This document shows, piece after piece, positions 47,934-57,239 of a DNA stretch of 64,000 bases (positions within the stretch are counted from its first letter, which is position 1; each line of letters starts with the position of its first letter). The translations under genes were made by a program, and so were the position numbers. Source of the DNA: a virus; IMG/VR virus record IMGVR_UViG_3300027763_000050, positions 14,368-78,367 of that record, one strand, 5' to 3'. The notes beneath the pieces are model-generated. The model searched no databases. It worked only from the letters and a program-made list of their open reading frames with translations, and was not told the origin of the DNA.

Positions 47934-48374
47934 ATGGCCGTCACCGACGTAATCAACCGGAGTAGCCGTTACTCAAATCGGCGCGTGACAGGACCCGCGA
48001 ACTTAGTTGGTCCAAAGTCAAATCAGACAAGTTCTGACATGATCCGATTGGGCGGAACCAGGTCTAAAGTTGATGTATACGAGTTCAATACATCAGGCGG
48101 GTTTGCAACAACCGGTACTTATACGATTACGATCAGGCCTCTGGCAGTTGCTGGCCTAAATGCTTTAGTGCGCTCAACGGGCGATCTGGTGATCTTCAAA
48201 CAGACAGGCGGCACCGGAGCTCCCGTTGTCCTGCAGCGCATTACCGTAGGCAACCGGACAAGCCCCATTAGCACTGCCGGTCACGCATTTACAACCGCGG
48301 ATAAAGGCTGGGTTGTAATTGAGCGCAAAGACAGCTCAACCCTGCGCTACCGAATCGAGCTAGATGTCACCTAA
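47934..48374 (+). CDS. beta-rich hypothetical (PPC-like) protein
   Basis: DVYEF...GTYTITI pattern; TAGAAT at 47897. Confidence 0.55.
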   Translation: MAVTDVINRSSRYSNRRVTGPANLVGPKSNQTSSDMIRLGGTRSKVDVYEFNTSGGFATTGTYTITIRPLAVAGLNALVRSTGDLVIFKQTGGTGAPVVLQRITVGNRTSPISTAGHAFTTADKGWVVIERKDSSTLRYRIELDVT

Positions 48375-48508
48375 TTAGCGGCGGCCCTGACCACGGGATT
48401 TTTTACGTCCGTGGTTAGCTCTGCTGTTTTGACCGTCCCCTTGGCGGGTCTGTTTTGGTTTTGATTGGTGGGGCAAAGTGCCGTGAAGCCCCGCCTTTGC
48501 CTTGGCCA

Positions 48509-48931
48509 TCAGACCACCCGAATCGCCATGGCGCCAATATTGAATTGAACTGTGTCACCGCTTTGTACGCTGACACTTGAAGTCAATGAACCGCTGGCCA
48601 GAAAGTTACCAGCAGTTGCAGCGTTCCAAATACCAAAATGAGTCAGGGTTTGAGGGGAACCATTGACCGCGCTGGTGGTAATTTGAACAGTACCGGTGTT
48701 GGTTATTTCAAACCCCCCGCCAGACGCTGCAGCAACTGACGAAAAAGCAGCACTTGAAACAGCTGTACGGTTGGCCGATCCCGTTACGGTGCTGGTGACA
48801 TCGTTACTTGTGCCAGCAGTGCCGGGGTCGCCAGTGTGAATGGAGACGTAAACATTACTAAGTGCAGAGGCAAAGGTGGTACCTTTTACCCAACTTAGGA
48901 CTTGAGATGCTAGATACTGGGAAAATGCCAT
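48509..48931 (-). CDS. structural protein (tail fibre/baseplate-associated family)
   Basis: VYVSIHTGDPG...THFGIWNAATAGNFL...L...V..GDTVQF motif. Confidence 0.7.
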   Translation of the reverse strand: MAFSQYLASQVLSWVKGTTFASALSNVYVSIHTGDPGTAGTSNDVTSTVTGSANRTAVSSAAFSSVAAASGGGFEITNTGTVQITTSAVNGSPQTLTHFGIWNAATAGNFLASGSLTSSVSVQSGDTVQFNIGAMAIRVV

Positions 48932-48997
48932 TCTCTTGGCGACTCTTCCTTATTATTGTGGCGAAAAACAGAAACTTGATGTAAGGCTTTGTTGGTT

Positions 48998-49789
48998 TTA
49001 GTATCCGCCGTACGGACTTGTAACTGTTAACGTTGCAACGTTTTGGTTTGTACCTCTTGCTGCACCAGCGATCCTGAATGTTGCCTTGATTCGACCGTAG
49101 GGTGTCATACTCAGGGTGAAGACACCACGAGGGACAATTGCCGTTGCTTGCAGTGGCCCGGTTTGAGAAGTATTGCCAGCGAGCTTCTTGATTTGAGCAC
49201 TTGGCTTGAGCGTACCCACTGAATTGCTGCTACCCAGAATTGCGCCAAGAAGATTGCGCAGGGAAAGGCGACCCGAGAGTGGAGCACTACCTCCAGCTGC
49301 TCCAGTTAGCTCTAGGTAGCGAATAACAAATATCGCCACCCCATACGGGAGAGCCTGCCACTGGGAGGACGAGACGGTGAAGTAATAGGTGCCGGCTGGG
49401 AGCTTTAATTCTGATTCGTTCTCATCGGTGCCGACCACGTCATTCAGGTATGCCGTACCTAGCTCAGTGAGTGGCAGTGGCCGACGATCTGAATCAAGGA
49501 TGCCTGTGCTGAGGTATTGGTCTTCGTAGGGGTTGCCGGCGACGATTACCGACTGAAGACCGGCGGCCCCGTTGGTTTCGACCTTAAAGAAAAGCGTATT
49601 AGTGCCGGTCTGAGAGCCAATTGAGCCGTTGATGACCACAGAAAGGTTATCGACACGCCCAAGGTCACGCGACTTAGAGACCGAGTTGTGCTTAACAAAC
49701 CCAGGCCGCAAGAAAGATGGTTGAGTTGGACTGCTGCTTCCGCTATAGGAGGCATACAGGGAGTTGATCTCTTCTGTTTGGGTGGCCAT
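48998..49789 (-). CDS. beta-rich structural protein
   Basis: LPAGTYYFTVSS; S/T/G-rich. Confidence 0.6.
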   Translation of the reverse strand: MATQTEEINSLYASYSGSSSPTQPSFLRPGFVKHNSVSKSRDLGRVDNLSVVINGSIGSQTGTNTLFFKVETNGAAGLQSVIVAGNPYEDQYLSTGILDSDRRPLPLTELGTAYLNDVVGTDENESELKLPAGTYYFTVSSSQWQALPYGVAIFVIRYLELTGAAGGSAPLSGRLSLRNLLGAILGSSNSVGTLKPSAQIKKLAGNTSQTGPLQATAIVPRGVFTLSMTPYGRIKATFRIAGAARGTNQNVATLTVTSPYGGY

Positions 49790-49790
49790 C

Positions 49791-50000
49791 TTAGAGGTCG
49801 AATATTTTGGCTTCCGGCGCGGAAGGATTTGCTAGGCAGTATTCCTCAAACTTGACCCGTAGCTGAGACGGCTGTCCCTGCAGCCCCCAGTTGTCCCCAA
49901 GGGCGGGCAAGACGCAGCCAGGGACATTCCCCAGGGGCGGCGTCCCAAGATTGGTAGGACAAGCCGAATGGGGGCCGGCAAGAGAAACTTGATTGGGCAT
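49791..50000 (-). CDS. small protein with a CP12-like C-terminal motif
   Basis: FEEYCLANPSAPEAKIFDL versus CP12 consensus YCxxNPxAxECxxYD. Confidence 0.55.
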   Translation of the reverse strand: MPNQVSLAGPHSACPTNLGTPPLGNVPGCVLPALGDNWGLQGQPSQLRVKFEEYCLANPSAPEAKIFDL

Positions 50001-50078
50001 TTGGTAAGAATGCACTATGCGTATGTTAATGATTGCTGACCACGTTAAACACTAAAACGAATTGTTTTCTTTTGCTGA

Positions 50079-50699
50079 TTAATAATCGGCAGGCACTTCT
50101 TCTCTTATATCCCACTTGAGAGTTTGCCGATCTCGCAGCGACCACCTCATTGTAGGGTGCAACCGTGGCCGTAAAAACTGCTTTAACCGGTAAAATACCG
50201 TATTACTAAAGAAAAGTGGACTGGGTATCTCTAGGTCGCACGGTTGGTTGACGGGGAATCCCCTTGAGTCAAATAGATCGTGAAGCAGGGACTTGGCGCC
50301 TGCTGTTTTCGGGACAGATAAACGCCCAAAGTTGCGGCGGCGGGATCCAAGGTCGGCCCATATGGCGGCAAGGTTATTGTCGTCAATAATTTGGGCCATA
50401 TCAGCGCTGTAGGTCTGCTGGTCCCTGGGGTAAAGCCATTCATAAAGCGGCCAGAGCAGATCCGATTGGATGCGCACCCGATCGAAGTCGTAGTACCCCT
50501 GGCCGGGCAGACGATCAACTACTGATCGCAGGTCGCCGGGGTGATCGCGCCGCAGCATGACGAGCTGGCCTCCCAGGTAGGTTCGCTCGGTTTCAGGCCT
50601 GACAATCTCAAACCAGATCTTTCGATTACGCCCAATGATTTTGAGCTTGCCCTTACCAAAGCTGTAGCTCAGAACGCGCGCTACGAATTTCACATTCAT
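50079..50699 (-). CDS. degenerate LAGLIDADG-like protein
   Basis: Paralogous to its neighbour: LYEWLYP, LAAIWADLG; the first motif lacks the acidic residue (FGKG). Confidence 0.55.
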   Translation of the reverse strand: MNVKFVARVLSYSFGKGKLKIIGRNRKIWFEIVRPETERTYLGGQLVMLRRDHPGDLRSVVDRLPGQGYYDFDRVRIQSDLLWPLYEWLYPRDQQTYSADMAQIIDDNNLAAIWADLGSRRRNFGRLSVPKTAGAKSLLHDLFDSRGFPVNQPCDLEIPSPLFFSNTVFYRLKQFLRPRLHPTMRWSLRDRQTLKWDIREEVPADY

Positions 50700-51300
50700 T
50701 GGGCTGGTCCAGGTTGAATAGGTGGATCCGAGATGGGGGCGCGTATTGACGAGTTGCGGAAACGATTTTGCTCGCCTCTTCTCTGGAAAACATCAACCGC
50801 GGGTGGTAATACTGATAACTGAATTCACTTTCAGCCCCGGTAAGTACCTGCAACCAGCCGGCTACAAGGGCGGCTTCCTCCTGGCTAGTCCCGACTTTGC
50901 GCAGGAGATAGAAATCACCGTCCTCAAATGGTTTTGCCCCGTCCGCCCAGAGCCAAGCCGCAGCCCGTCCGCCAAGCATGTCTAGGACGTTTCTTGTGAT
51001 TCGCCGTTCCCCGCCCGGGTAGAGGAGGTTGTAAACAGGGCGCAGCCTGGGGCTTGAAACACGGAACCGAGTGCAGGGCGTTCTGGCCCCATTGGTTCCC
51101 GTAGAAGTGTGGGGTGCGATTTCGGCCTTAGTGGGCAGAAAATTCTTTATCTCAGCAACCTTCTCCTCAAGAAAAGCGGAGCCCCGCACGCCGCTTGTTA
51201 TCGAAAGCTGAATGTAACCCCCGGCAGGAGCTCGATACCTGGACATGCTGCCATCCGCCAACAGGACGGAAAGAAGGCCCCGGACGTCATTCGAATCCAA
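50653..51300 (-). CDS. LAGLIDADG endonuclease-like protein
   Basis: GLLSVLLADGS and AAWLWADGA motifs, VYNLLYPGGERRIT; TTG start. Confidence 0.75.
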   Translation of the reverse strand: MDSNDVRGLLSVLLADGSMSRYRAPAGGYIQLSITSGVRGSAFLEEKVAEIKNFLPTKAEIAPHTSTGTNGARTPCTRFRVSSPRLRPVYNLLYPGGERRITRNVLDMLGGRAAAWLWADGAKPFEDGDFYLLRKVGTSQEEAALVAGWLQVLTGAESEFSYQYYHPRLMFSREEASKIVSATRQYAPPSRIHLFNLDQPNECEIRSARSELQLW

Positions 51301-51393
51301 GAAAGTCTTACCCTATTTTCATTCACTATGATAATCAAAGGTCACCGGCAAGTGGCCCACAATAAACTCTGACAGCTAGGAGAATATCGTCCC

Positions 51394-52536
51394 ATGTGGA
51401 TTGATAACGACTTTCCCAAGCTGCTAGGCGCGGAACTGTACCGTCCCCACCCGGCGTACGTTATCGAGATGGCTGTTGAACCCGTTGTGGTTCACGACTT
51501 CGCGAAACAACCCGGCCAGACTGTGCAGTTGGATCGGTATAAGTTCTTCGGAAATCCTGGCACCAAGGATAGCCGCGAGCGTACCGCCGATCAAACCCTC
51601 GGTTCTGCTTCTAGCCGCAACATCACCAAGGACAAGGTCCTGGTGAACCTCAAGGAATACACCGGTCCCGCTGACCCGACCGACGCCACTTCACCTTCAA
51701 CGTTCAAGGTGGCTCGGGAAACCCTGCTGACCGCCCAGCGCTTGTTGCTGGATACCGGCAGCCTGAATGTATTCCACCAAAGCATTGGCTCGCTGACACT
51801 CCTCGACGATTACCGTCGCTGGCGTGACCGCGTCTTCGCCGACGAACTATTCAAGGCAGAAGGCAACGGCAAGTCCTCTGATTCCCAAGGTGGTTACTAC
51901 TACCCCCTGGATAAGACCAAGGGCTCCTCTGCTCCTTTCCTGAGCTACGCCGCTGGTGAGTCAGCCAAGTTCGACGTTAAGACTGACCTCCTCCAAGTGG
52001 TTAAGTCCCTGCGCAAGCGGAACGTTCCTACTTTTGCTGACGGTTACTACCGCGCCGTATGTGACCCCACCGCGATGATGCACCTGCGTCAGAACGACGC
52101 ATTCCGTGAAGTCGCTCGCTACGCCGGTCAAGGCGTGGTGAACCCCCTGCAGCCCGAGCTGGCCCCTAACGCCACTTTCTTCCGTGGTAGCGGCCCCGCT
52201 TACGGCCAAGCTGGTTTCGTCGCCGGCCAACCCGTAATGCCCACCGGGATGCTGTTCGAAGGCGTGCGTTGGTTCGAAAGCACCAACCTGCCCGAGAAAT
52301 CCCTGCAGGTGACCATCACTGACGCCTCGATCTCGAGCGCGGTGACCACCTCCGCCCCAATGCTGTTCTTCGGTCCCCAGGCCGTTGGCGTGGGCATCGG
52401 CGGCAACAACGCTCAGATCCTGCTGAACAACAACGACGATTTCAGTCGTTTCATCATCATGATTTGGTCGCTGTTTGCTGGTTTCGAAATCCTGAACAAG
52501 GACTTCGTGACCGTCGCTTACTCATTCGTTTATTGA
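51394..52536 (+). CDS. major capsid protein
   Basis: 380 aa, strong codon bias, AGGAG RBS, QPGQTVQLDRY...GVRWFESTNLP...FFGPQAVG. Confidence 0.88.
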   Translation: MWIDNDFPKLLGAELYRPHPAYVIEMAVEPVVVHDFAKQPGQTVQLDRYKFFGNPGTKDSRERTADQTLGSASSRNITKDKVLVNLKEYTGPADPTDATSPSTFKVARETLLTAQRLLLDTGSLNVFHQSIGSLTLLDDYRRWRDRVFADELFKAEGNGKSSDSQGGYYYPLDKTKGSSAPFLSYAAGESAKFDVKTDLLQVVKSLRKRNVPTFADGYYRAVCDPTAMMHLRQNDAFREVARYAGQGVVNPLQPELAPNATFFRGSGPAYGQAGFVAGQPVMPTGMLFEGVRWFESTNLPEKSLQVTITDASISSAVTTSAPMLFFGPQAVGVGIGGNNAQILLNNNDDFSRFIIMIWSLFAGFEILNKDFVTVAYSFVY

Positions 52537-52550
52537 TAGGAGAAAGCGAA

Positions 52551-53189
52551 ATGGCAAAATCAATTCTCCCCGGTAACTACGTTGAGCCGCTGAGTTCCTA
52601 CCAGAACCAGTGCGTTAAGGCTCTTCCTGGCCGCGTGTTCTACCACGTAGTTGGCTACGCGAATGTGACCACCACTGGTGGCACCGTATTCGACGTAATC
52701 ATCCCCAGCCCCGACAGGCGCACCGACGACAAGCCCCGCGCCGACATTACCGGCCTGGTGCTTCCCTCTGGCGCCATCGTGTATCACGCTGCCCTGCGTG
52801 TGCCCGATCTGCGCTCTGACCGCGGCGTCGGTACTGCAACGTCATCCCTTTCCGGTACTAATACCAACCGGATCAAGCTGGCTGACGCGATTGGCAACGA
52901 CAACACCCTGAGTGCAACCGTAGTTGCAACTAACTCTGCCGCTGTTGTAGTTGCTTCCGGCACCGTTGCCCCCGTGGCAACCACGATCGGCGTCATCACC
53001 CCGGCTGCTCTTTCAGGCGCTGAGACCCTCAAGGTCTACGTGACTGATTCAACCGGCACCGCTGCTGGCTCAACCTTGAGCTCTACCCGCAGCGGCGGCA
53101 CCCCAATCATCGTTGAAGTGGGCTACTACTTGAACGATGTTTGCGCCGACACTGACGCCGTAAACCTTCCTTATCTAACCGTCTCCTGA
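52551..53189 (+). CDS. capsid decoration/minor capsid protein
   Basis: Follows MCP with AGGAG RBS and similar codon bias; terminator after it. Confidence 0.65.
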   Translation: MAKSILPGNYVEPLSSYQNQCVKALPGRVFYHVVGYANVTTTGGTVFDVIIPSPDRRTDDKPRADITGLVLPSGAIVYHAALRVPDLRSDRGVGTATSSLSGTNTNRIKLADAIGNDNTLSATVVATNSAAVVVASGTVAPVATTIGVITPAALSGAETLKVYVTDSTGTAAGSTLSSTRSGGTPIIVEVGYYLNDVCADTDAVNLPYLTVS

Positions 53190-53214
53190 TAGGAATCGGT
53201 TTTCATTACAATAG

Positions 53215-53244
53215 AGGCGTCTGGATGTCCAGGCGCCTTTTTTA
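53215..53244 (+). terminator. intrinsic terminator after capsid genes
   Basis: AGGCGTCTGG...CCAGGCGCCT followed by a T-run. Confidence 0.85.
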
Positions 53245-53252
53245 TTGGGTTC

Positions 53253-53684
53253 ATGGCGCTTTACCAAAACACCAAAAACGGTCAGATTGTTGAGTTCATC
53301 TCACATCATGACAAAGAATGGGCCATGGTCCGCAACAACAGCGGGTCCGTGACTTACGTAGCTTTAGCCGATCTGGTCTCCTATGAGCCAGGCAAGGGCC
53401 GGACAGGCGAAGTTATCCCGCCCCAATCAGCCGAGACTGAGGTGGACGAAAACTTATTGCCTGAAGTGGCGATCCCCGCGGATAACAGGGTCAACCTCAA
53501 TGTCGCAACGTCAGAGGCGATTGCCCAGCACGTCAAAGGTATTGGCTATGCGACGGCCAAGAAGATTGTTGAACTGCGCTTAAGCCTCCCTGGCGAGAAG
53601 TTCAAGAACCTTGACCAACTGCGCAAGATCGGACGAGTTGACTGGGATCAGATTGTTGCAGAGGACCTTGTCTATGTTGGCTAA
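53253..53684 (+). CDS. helix-hairpin-helix (ComEA-like) DNA-binding protein
   Basis: VNLNVATSE...VKGIGYATAKKIVELR...FKNLDQL. Confidence 0.8.
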   Translation: MALYQNTKNGQIVEFISHHDKEWAMVRNNSGSVTYVALADLVSYEPGKGRTGEVIPPQSAETEVDENLLPEVAIPADNRVNLNVATSEAIAQHVKGIGYATAKKIVELRLSLPGEKFKNLDQLRKIGRVDWDQIVAEDLVYVG

Positions 53685-53732
53685 GCAGTAAGTGTTTAGC
53701 CTTTAGAATGCGGAGGGAAACGGGGTAACTAA

Positions 53733-54218
53733 GTGGAACTTAACGACTATGACAAGAGTCGCTGTAGGTGGCACTTAGGCTACAACGTTGGCGCCAACCT
53801 TCCGGCCGGGGACATCGCCAGGCTAGAGGAGGCCATGGCTCGGGTGCCTGACAGCTATTTCTATTCGCAGGTACTTGAGCACCTTAACCGCTGCGACAAA
53901 GCCTGGAACGTATCGCAGATCTTCAAGTCTGAGACCCAGCCGCAACCGTCACGGGTGGAGCGGATTACGGGGGACAGTGAGCGAGCAATCTTTAGTTCTG
54001 ACCCCCTAAAAGCGGACCAGGATTACAGGGAGATCTATCTCAGAGAAGTAGATCGCCTGGCTGAATCACTGTATGTAGCTAATTACCGAAGGGAAGAAGT
54101 GCGACGATACGCATTCGACCGTAGTGGCGGAGAGTTTATCATGACAATACCAGGCCCGGCAGATACGTCGGTCGGTACTCAAATCTTGGCCGGACTCGGG
54201 CAACTTAACTGGAGATAG
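53733..54218 (+). CDS. putative head-tail adaptor
   Basis: Helical 161-aa ORF, DKSRCRWHLGY N-terminus; position. Confidence 0.5.
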   Translation: MELNDYDKSRCRWHLGYNVGANLPAGDIARLEEAMARVPDSYFYSQVLEHLNRCDKAWNVSQIFKSETQPQPSRVERITGDSERAIFSSDPLKADQDYREIYLREVDRLAESLYVANYRREEVRRYAFDRSGGEFIMTIPGPADTSVGTQILAGLGQLNWR

Positions 54219-54221
54219 TCG

Positions 54222-55229
54222 ATGGATCCGCGGAATGCTTTTAGTAAACAGGTAGAAGCGCAAAGGCAGGTTCTGGAACGACTGCGGGGCGGTGGTGGGA
54301 TTTCATTGCAAGGGGCGGCACCTTTCAGTTCCAACAATCTTCATGGCGGCACTCCCGCGTATGCCGCAAAGCTGGGCGGTAGAGATGCGCTGGTCGTGAG
54401 AGGGGGCGGCCAAACACCGAACGGCCCTGAACTTGATGGATACAAAGGCGGCGTCAATGTAGGCGGTCGGACCTTCTACCCGGCGCGACGCGGGAACGAT
54501 ATGGTTTATGTCACTAATCAAAACCCTGGTCAGCTTGGGGGATTTACTCCCACGGCAGAAAGAAAACCTGCACCTAAGGCTGATCCAGGCCCCGGTCTAA
54601 GCGCACCACCTCAAATAACGAATGGTGGGGGTGACGCACGCCGGCAAGCTCAATTGGCTGCAGGTCAGCAAGCAGGCATAAGAAATTACGGTCAGGACTG
54701 GCGTGACGCTGCCAACTATGGGTCCAAGGACCCGAGCAGCCTTGAATACTGGAATCGGCAAGACATGTTCCAGTGGCGGACCGCTAATGCTGGCAACAAG
54801 GCTCTTGCTGATCGCGAAATGGCTAAGTACGGGCTAAGCACTCAGATGGCCGACGCGGCTCTGAGGGGCGGCGGAACTCAAGTGGCTACCGCTCAGTCCC
54901 AGTCCTGGTCAGGCGCGGTTGAGAATATCAGCCCTAACGAAGCCGTTGCAGGCTTCAATAAGCAGCCCGCTGAAATGCAGTTCGGCGATCGGTTTGTGCT
55001 CCCGGAAAACGCTCGGCAAGTTGCGTTTCAGAACTTTGCGCCAACTGATTTTGCTCGGGCCCAGAAAAGCGAAATGCAGCCAATGAGTGCCCAGGCTGGC
55101 GTCGCTGCTGGTGTAGAGCCCGCAACGCCCTCTCCTGCTGGGAACATCGCCAGCAATAGCGACCTGGATCAGACCATCGAGGCTTACCTGGCAGAAGCTC
55201 GTCGCATGAACAACGGAGGACGGGCGTAA
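54222..55229 (+). CDS. hypothetical virion protein (G/A/Q-rich)
   Basis: Tiled ORF. Confidence 0.55.
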   Translation: MDPRNAFSKQVEAQRQVLERLRGGGGISLQGAAPFSSNNLHGGTPAYAAKLGGRDALVVRGGGQTPNGPELDGYKGGVNVGGRTFYPARRGNDMVYVTNQNPGQLGGFTPTAERKPAPKADPGPGLSAPPQITNGGGDARRQAQLAAGQQAGIRNYGQDWRDAANYGSKDPSSLEYWNRQDMFQWRTANAGNKALADREMAKYGLSTQMADAALRGGGTQVATAQSQSWSGAVENISPNEAVAGFNKQPAEMQFGDRFVLPENARQVAFQNFAPTDFARAQKSEMQPMSAQAGVAAGVEPATPSPAGNIASNSDLDQTIEAYLAEARRMNNGGRA

Positions 55230-55669
55230 TGACTAACCCCCAAGAAGAAATGAGCCGGCATTTAACGGGCCCCGCTCGAGGTGGGGTGCCAAGGGAGGGG
55301 GCAATTCCCCAGCAGGGCAAGGCATCACTGGCAGCAATGCACAGCCACAACCCGTTGGAGCGCAACAACCCTAATCAGCAGTTGAATAACCCAATGAACA
55401 CCCTGTCCTTTGGCGGGCAAGATGTTCAGGTCTACGGGGTTCCATATGGCGATGGGCGGGTAGTTTTACCCGTGCAAACTCCAGCTATTACTCCAAATGC
55501 CCAGCAGCGAGTAATTCCTGGCCGAGGACTTAACGCGCCTGGGGCATTGTCACCAGATGCAAGTCCGATTGGAGATTTACCTACAGGCAATCTTCCTTTG
55601 GGGCAGCTGGGGATGAACACTAGAATGATCGGAGGAATGGGGCGAAATGAGCCTCGCCGCCAAAAATAA
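55229..55669 (+). CDS. hypothetical low-complexity protein
   Basis: Tiled ORF. Confidence 0.5.
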   Translation: MTNPQEEMSRHLTGPARGGVPREGAIPQQGKASLAAMHSHNPLERNNPNQQLNNPMNTLSFGGQDVQVYGVPYGDGRVVLPVQTPAITPNAQQRVIPGRGLNAPGALSPDASPIGDLPTGNLPLGQLGMNTRMIGGMGRNEPRRQK

Positions 55670-55671
55670 CC

Positions 55672-56208
55672 ATGAGCTCCACTAGCACTAACAAGGCCCC
55701 TCTCCTTGTTGATCGCCCGCTGCATTCATTCGCGACAATTGGGGGTTCGGCGGCGTTAACCTCTGCCACCAATTTCACCACTGTTAGCGGTGCCGGCTGC
55801 ACGATGCTGGTTGACTGCAGCAGTAATGACGGAGCAATCATTGACTCGCTGTCAATCCTTGCGAACGAAGCTTCCACGACAGCCTCTACGGTCCTGGTGT
55901 TTCTAAGCACCGCCCCAAGCGCGACTCTGATTACATCGATCAACACAGCCTGCGTGGCTAGTGCTGCAATCGCTAGCTCTTCGGTTGGACAGCGGACAAA
56001 TATCTCATTACCGCCCTTGAGCGTGCCCGTACCAAACCTGGCATCACCGGCGGCAACGATGGCCACCTACCCAACGGAAACAGACAAGAAAAACACAGGG
56101 TTATATGTCCCTTCCGGCGCGCTGATCTACGTAGGCGTTAGTGCCGCACTATCAGCTCCTAGCGCCGCAACCCGAGTACATGTATTTGCCCAAGGCGGCT
56201 TCTATTAA
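55672..56208 (+). CDS. beta-rich structural protein
   Basis: S/T/A-rich; ends VHVFAQGGFY. Confidence 0.6.
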   Translation: MSSTSTNKAPLLVDRPLHSFATIGGSAALTSATNFTTVSGAGCTMLVDCSSNDGAIIDSLSILANEASTTASTVLVFLSTAPSATLITSINTACVASAAIASSSVGQRTNISLPPLSVPVPNLASPAATMATYPTETDKKNTGLYVPSGALIYVGVSAALSAPSAATRVHVFAQGGFY

Positions 56209-57236
56209 TGGCTAATGCTTGGTACGACTATCTGGCGTCGTACAACGACCTGATAGATGCGTTCGGTTCGGACGCAGGGCGGGCATCTGCTCATTATCAG
56301 CAATTTGGCGAAAATGAAGGGCGCGCTTTAGATAATTTTGACGAGGCCTCATATCTTGCTGCAAACCCTGACGTAGCGAAAGACCCTTATTACAGTCAGA
56401 ATGCAGCTCAGCATTACGTAGAGCATGGTCGGGGAGAAGGTCGTTCTTTGACGCCTCAACCCCCATCCCAGCCACAGCCAACAACTCAGTCACAGCCACA
56501 GCCACCGGTCCAGGCTCCCGCGGCTGCAAGTACAACTCAGCCACAGCCATCAACTCAAGCCGCAGCAGCAACCAAGCCCGCTGCAACAGTAACCAATTCC
56601 GCCGCAACTGCTGCCGCTGCGCCGACTACTAGCGGCTCGAATTATTCTGCTGACCTTGACAAAATAAGAAATGAGCTAAGAAATGAGTACGAAGGTAATT
56701 TCAAAACCGCAAAAGATGGTTACGACTCTGCACTAAAGGCCATAGGAGATACTTACAACACGCAGATTTCATCATTTAAGGGAGATTTGAAGACATACCA
56801 GGACCTTGCTAACAAGTATCAAGGAGAAGCAAGCAACCTTGGCGTTGCTAAAAAGGCGGCGGAAGATCGAGCTACTTCATTGCAGAGCGAATTTGATGCT
56901 TACAAAAAGAAGTCAGAAACCGACGCAGCTGATTCGCAACTCTCGGCATTACGAGGTGGCTACCAAGCAGCATCTGGCGCGGCAGTGGGCGGCGGCGCAA
57001 GTTTGACATCAGGCGTACAGGTTGCCAATCGCGGGAGCAGCGATCGCCCTGGGAGCGTAGTTGCCAGGCTCAGGATTGACCCCACTGACAGCGTGCTCGA
57101 CAAGGGAGATGTCGTTCAGAGTTTGTCGGCAGGTAATAGGCCTTCTTCTGGCGGGCAGACGGGTGGGGCCAGGCGGAGCGCAAACATGCTGCGGCAAGAA
57201 GCAGCTCGGTATTACAGCGGGCGATTTGGTGGATAG
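56208..57236 (+). CDS. protein with YLAxxxD..HYxxxGxxEGR repeats, P/Q/T linker and coiled coil
   Basis: Two N-terminal repeats of a type seen in cyanobacterial surface proteins. Confidence 0.65.
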   Translation: MANAWYDYLASYNDLIDAFGSDAGRASAHYQQFGENEGRALDNFDEASYLAANPDVAKDPYYSQNAAQHYVEHGRGEGRSLTPQPPSQPQPTTQSQPQPPVQAPAAASTTQPQPSTQAAAATKPAATVTNSAATAAAAPTTSGSNYSADLDKIRNELRNEYEGNFKTAKDGYDSALKAIGDTYNTQISSFKGDLKTYQDLANKYQGEASNLGVAKKAAEDRATSLQSEFDAYKKKSETDAADSQLSALRGGYQAASGAAVGGGASLTSGVQVANRGSSDRPGSVVARLRIDPTDSVLDKGDVVQSLSAGNRPSSGGQTGGARRSANMLRQEAARYYSGRFGG

Positions 57237-57239
57237 TTC

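Noticed and set aside
50079-51300. Group I intron or intein in the capsid gene
   Set aside because: The ORFs are on the opposite strand, outside the uninterrupted MCP frame, and lack intein splice motifs.
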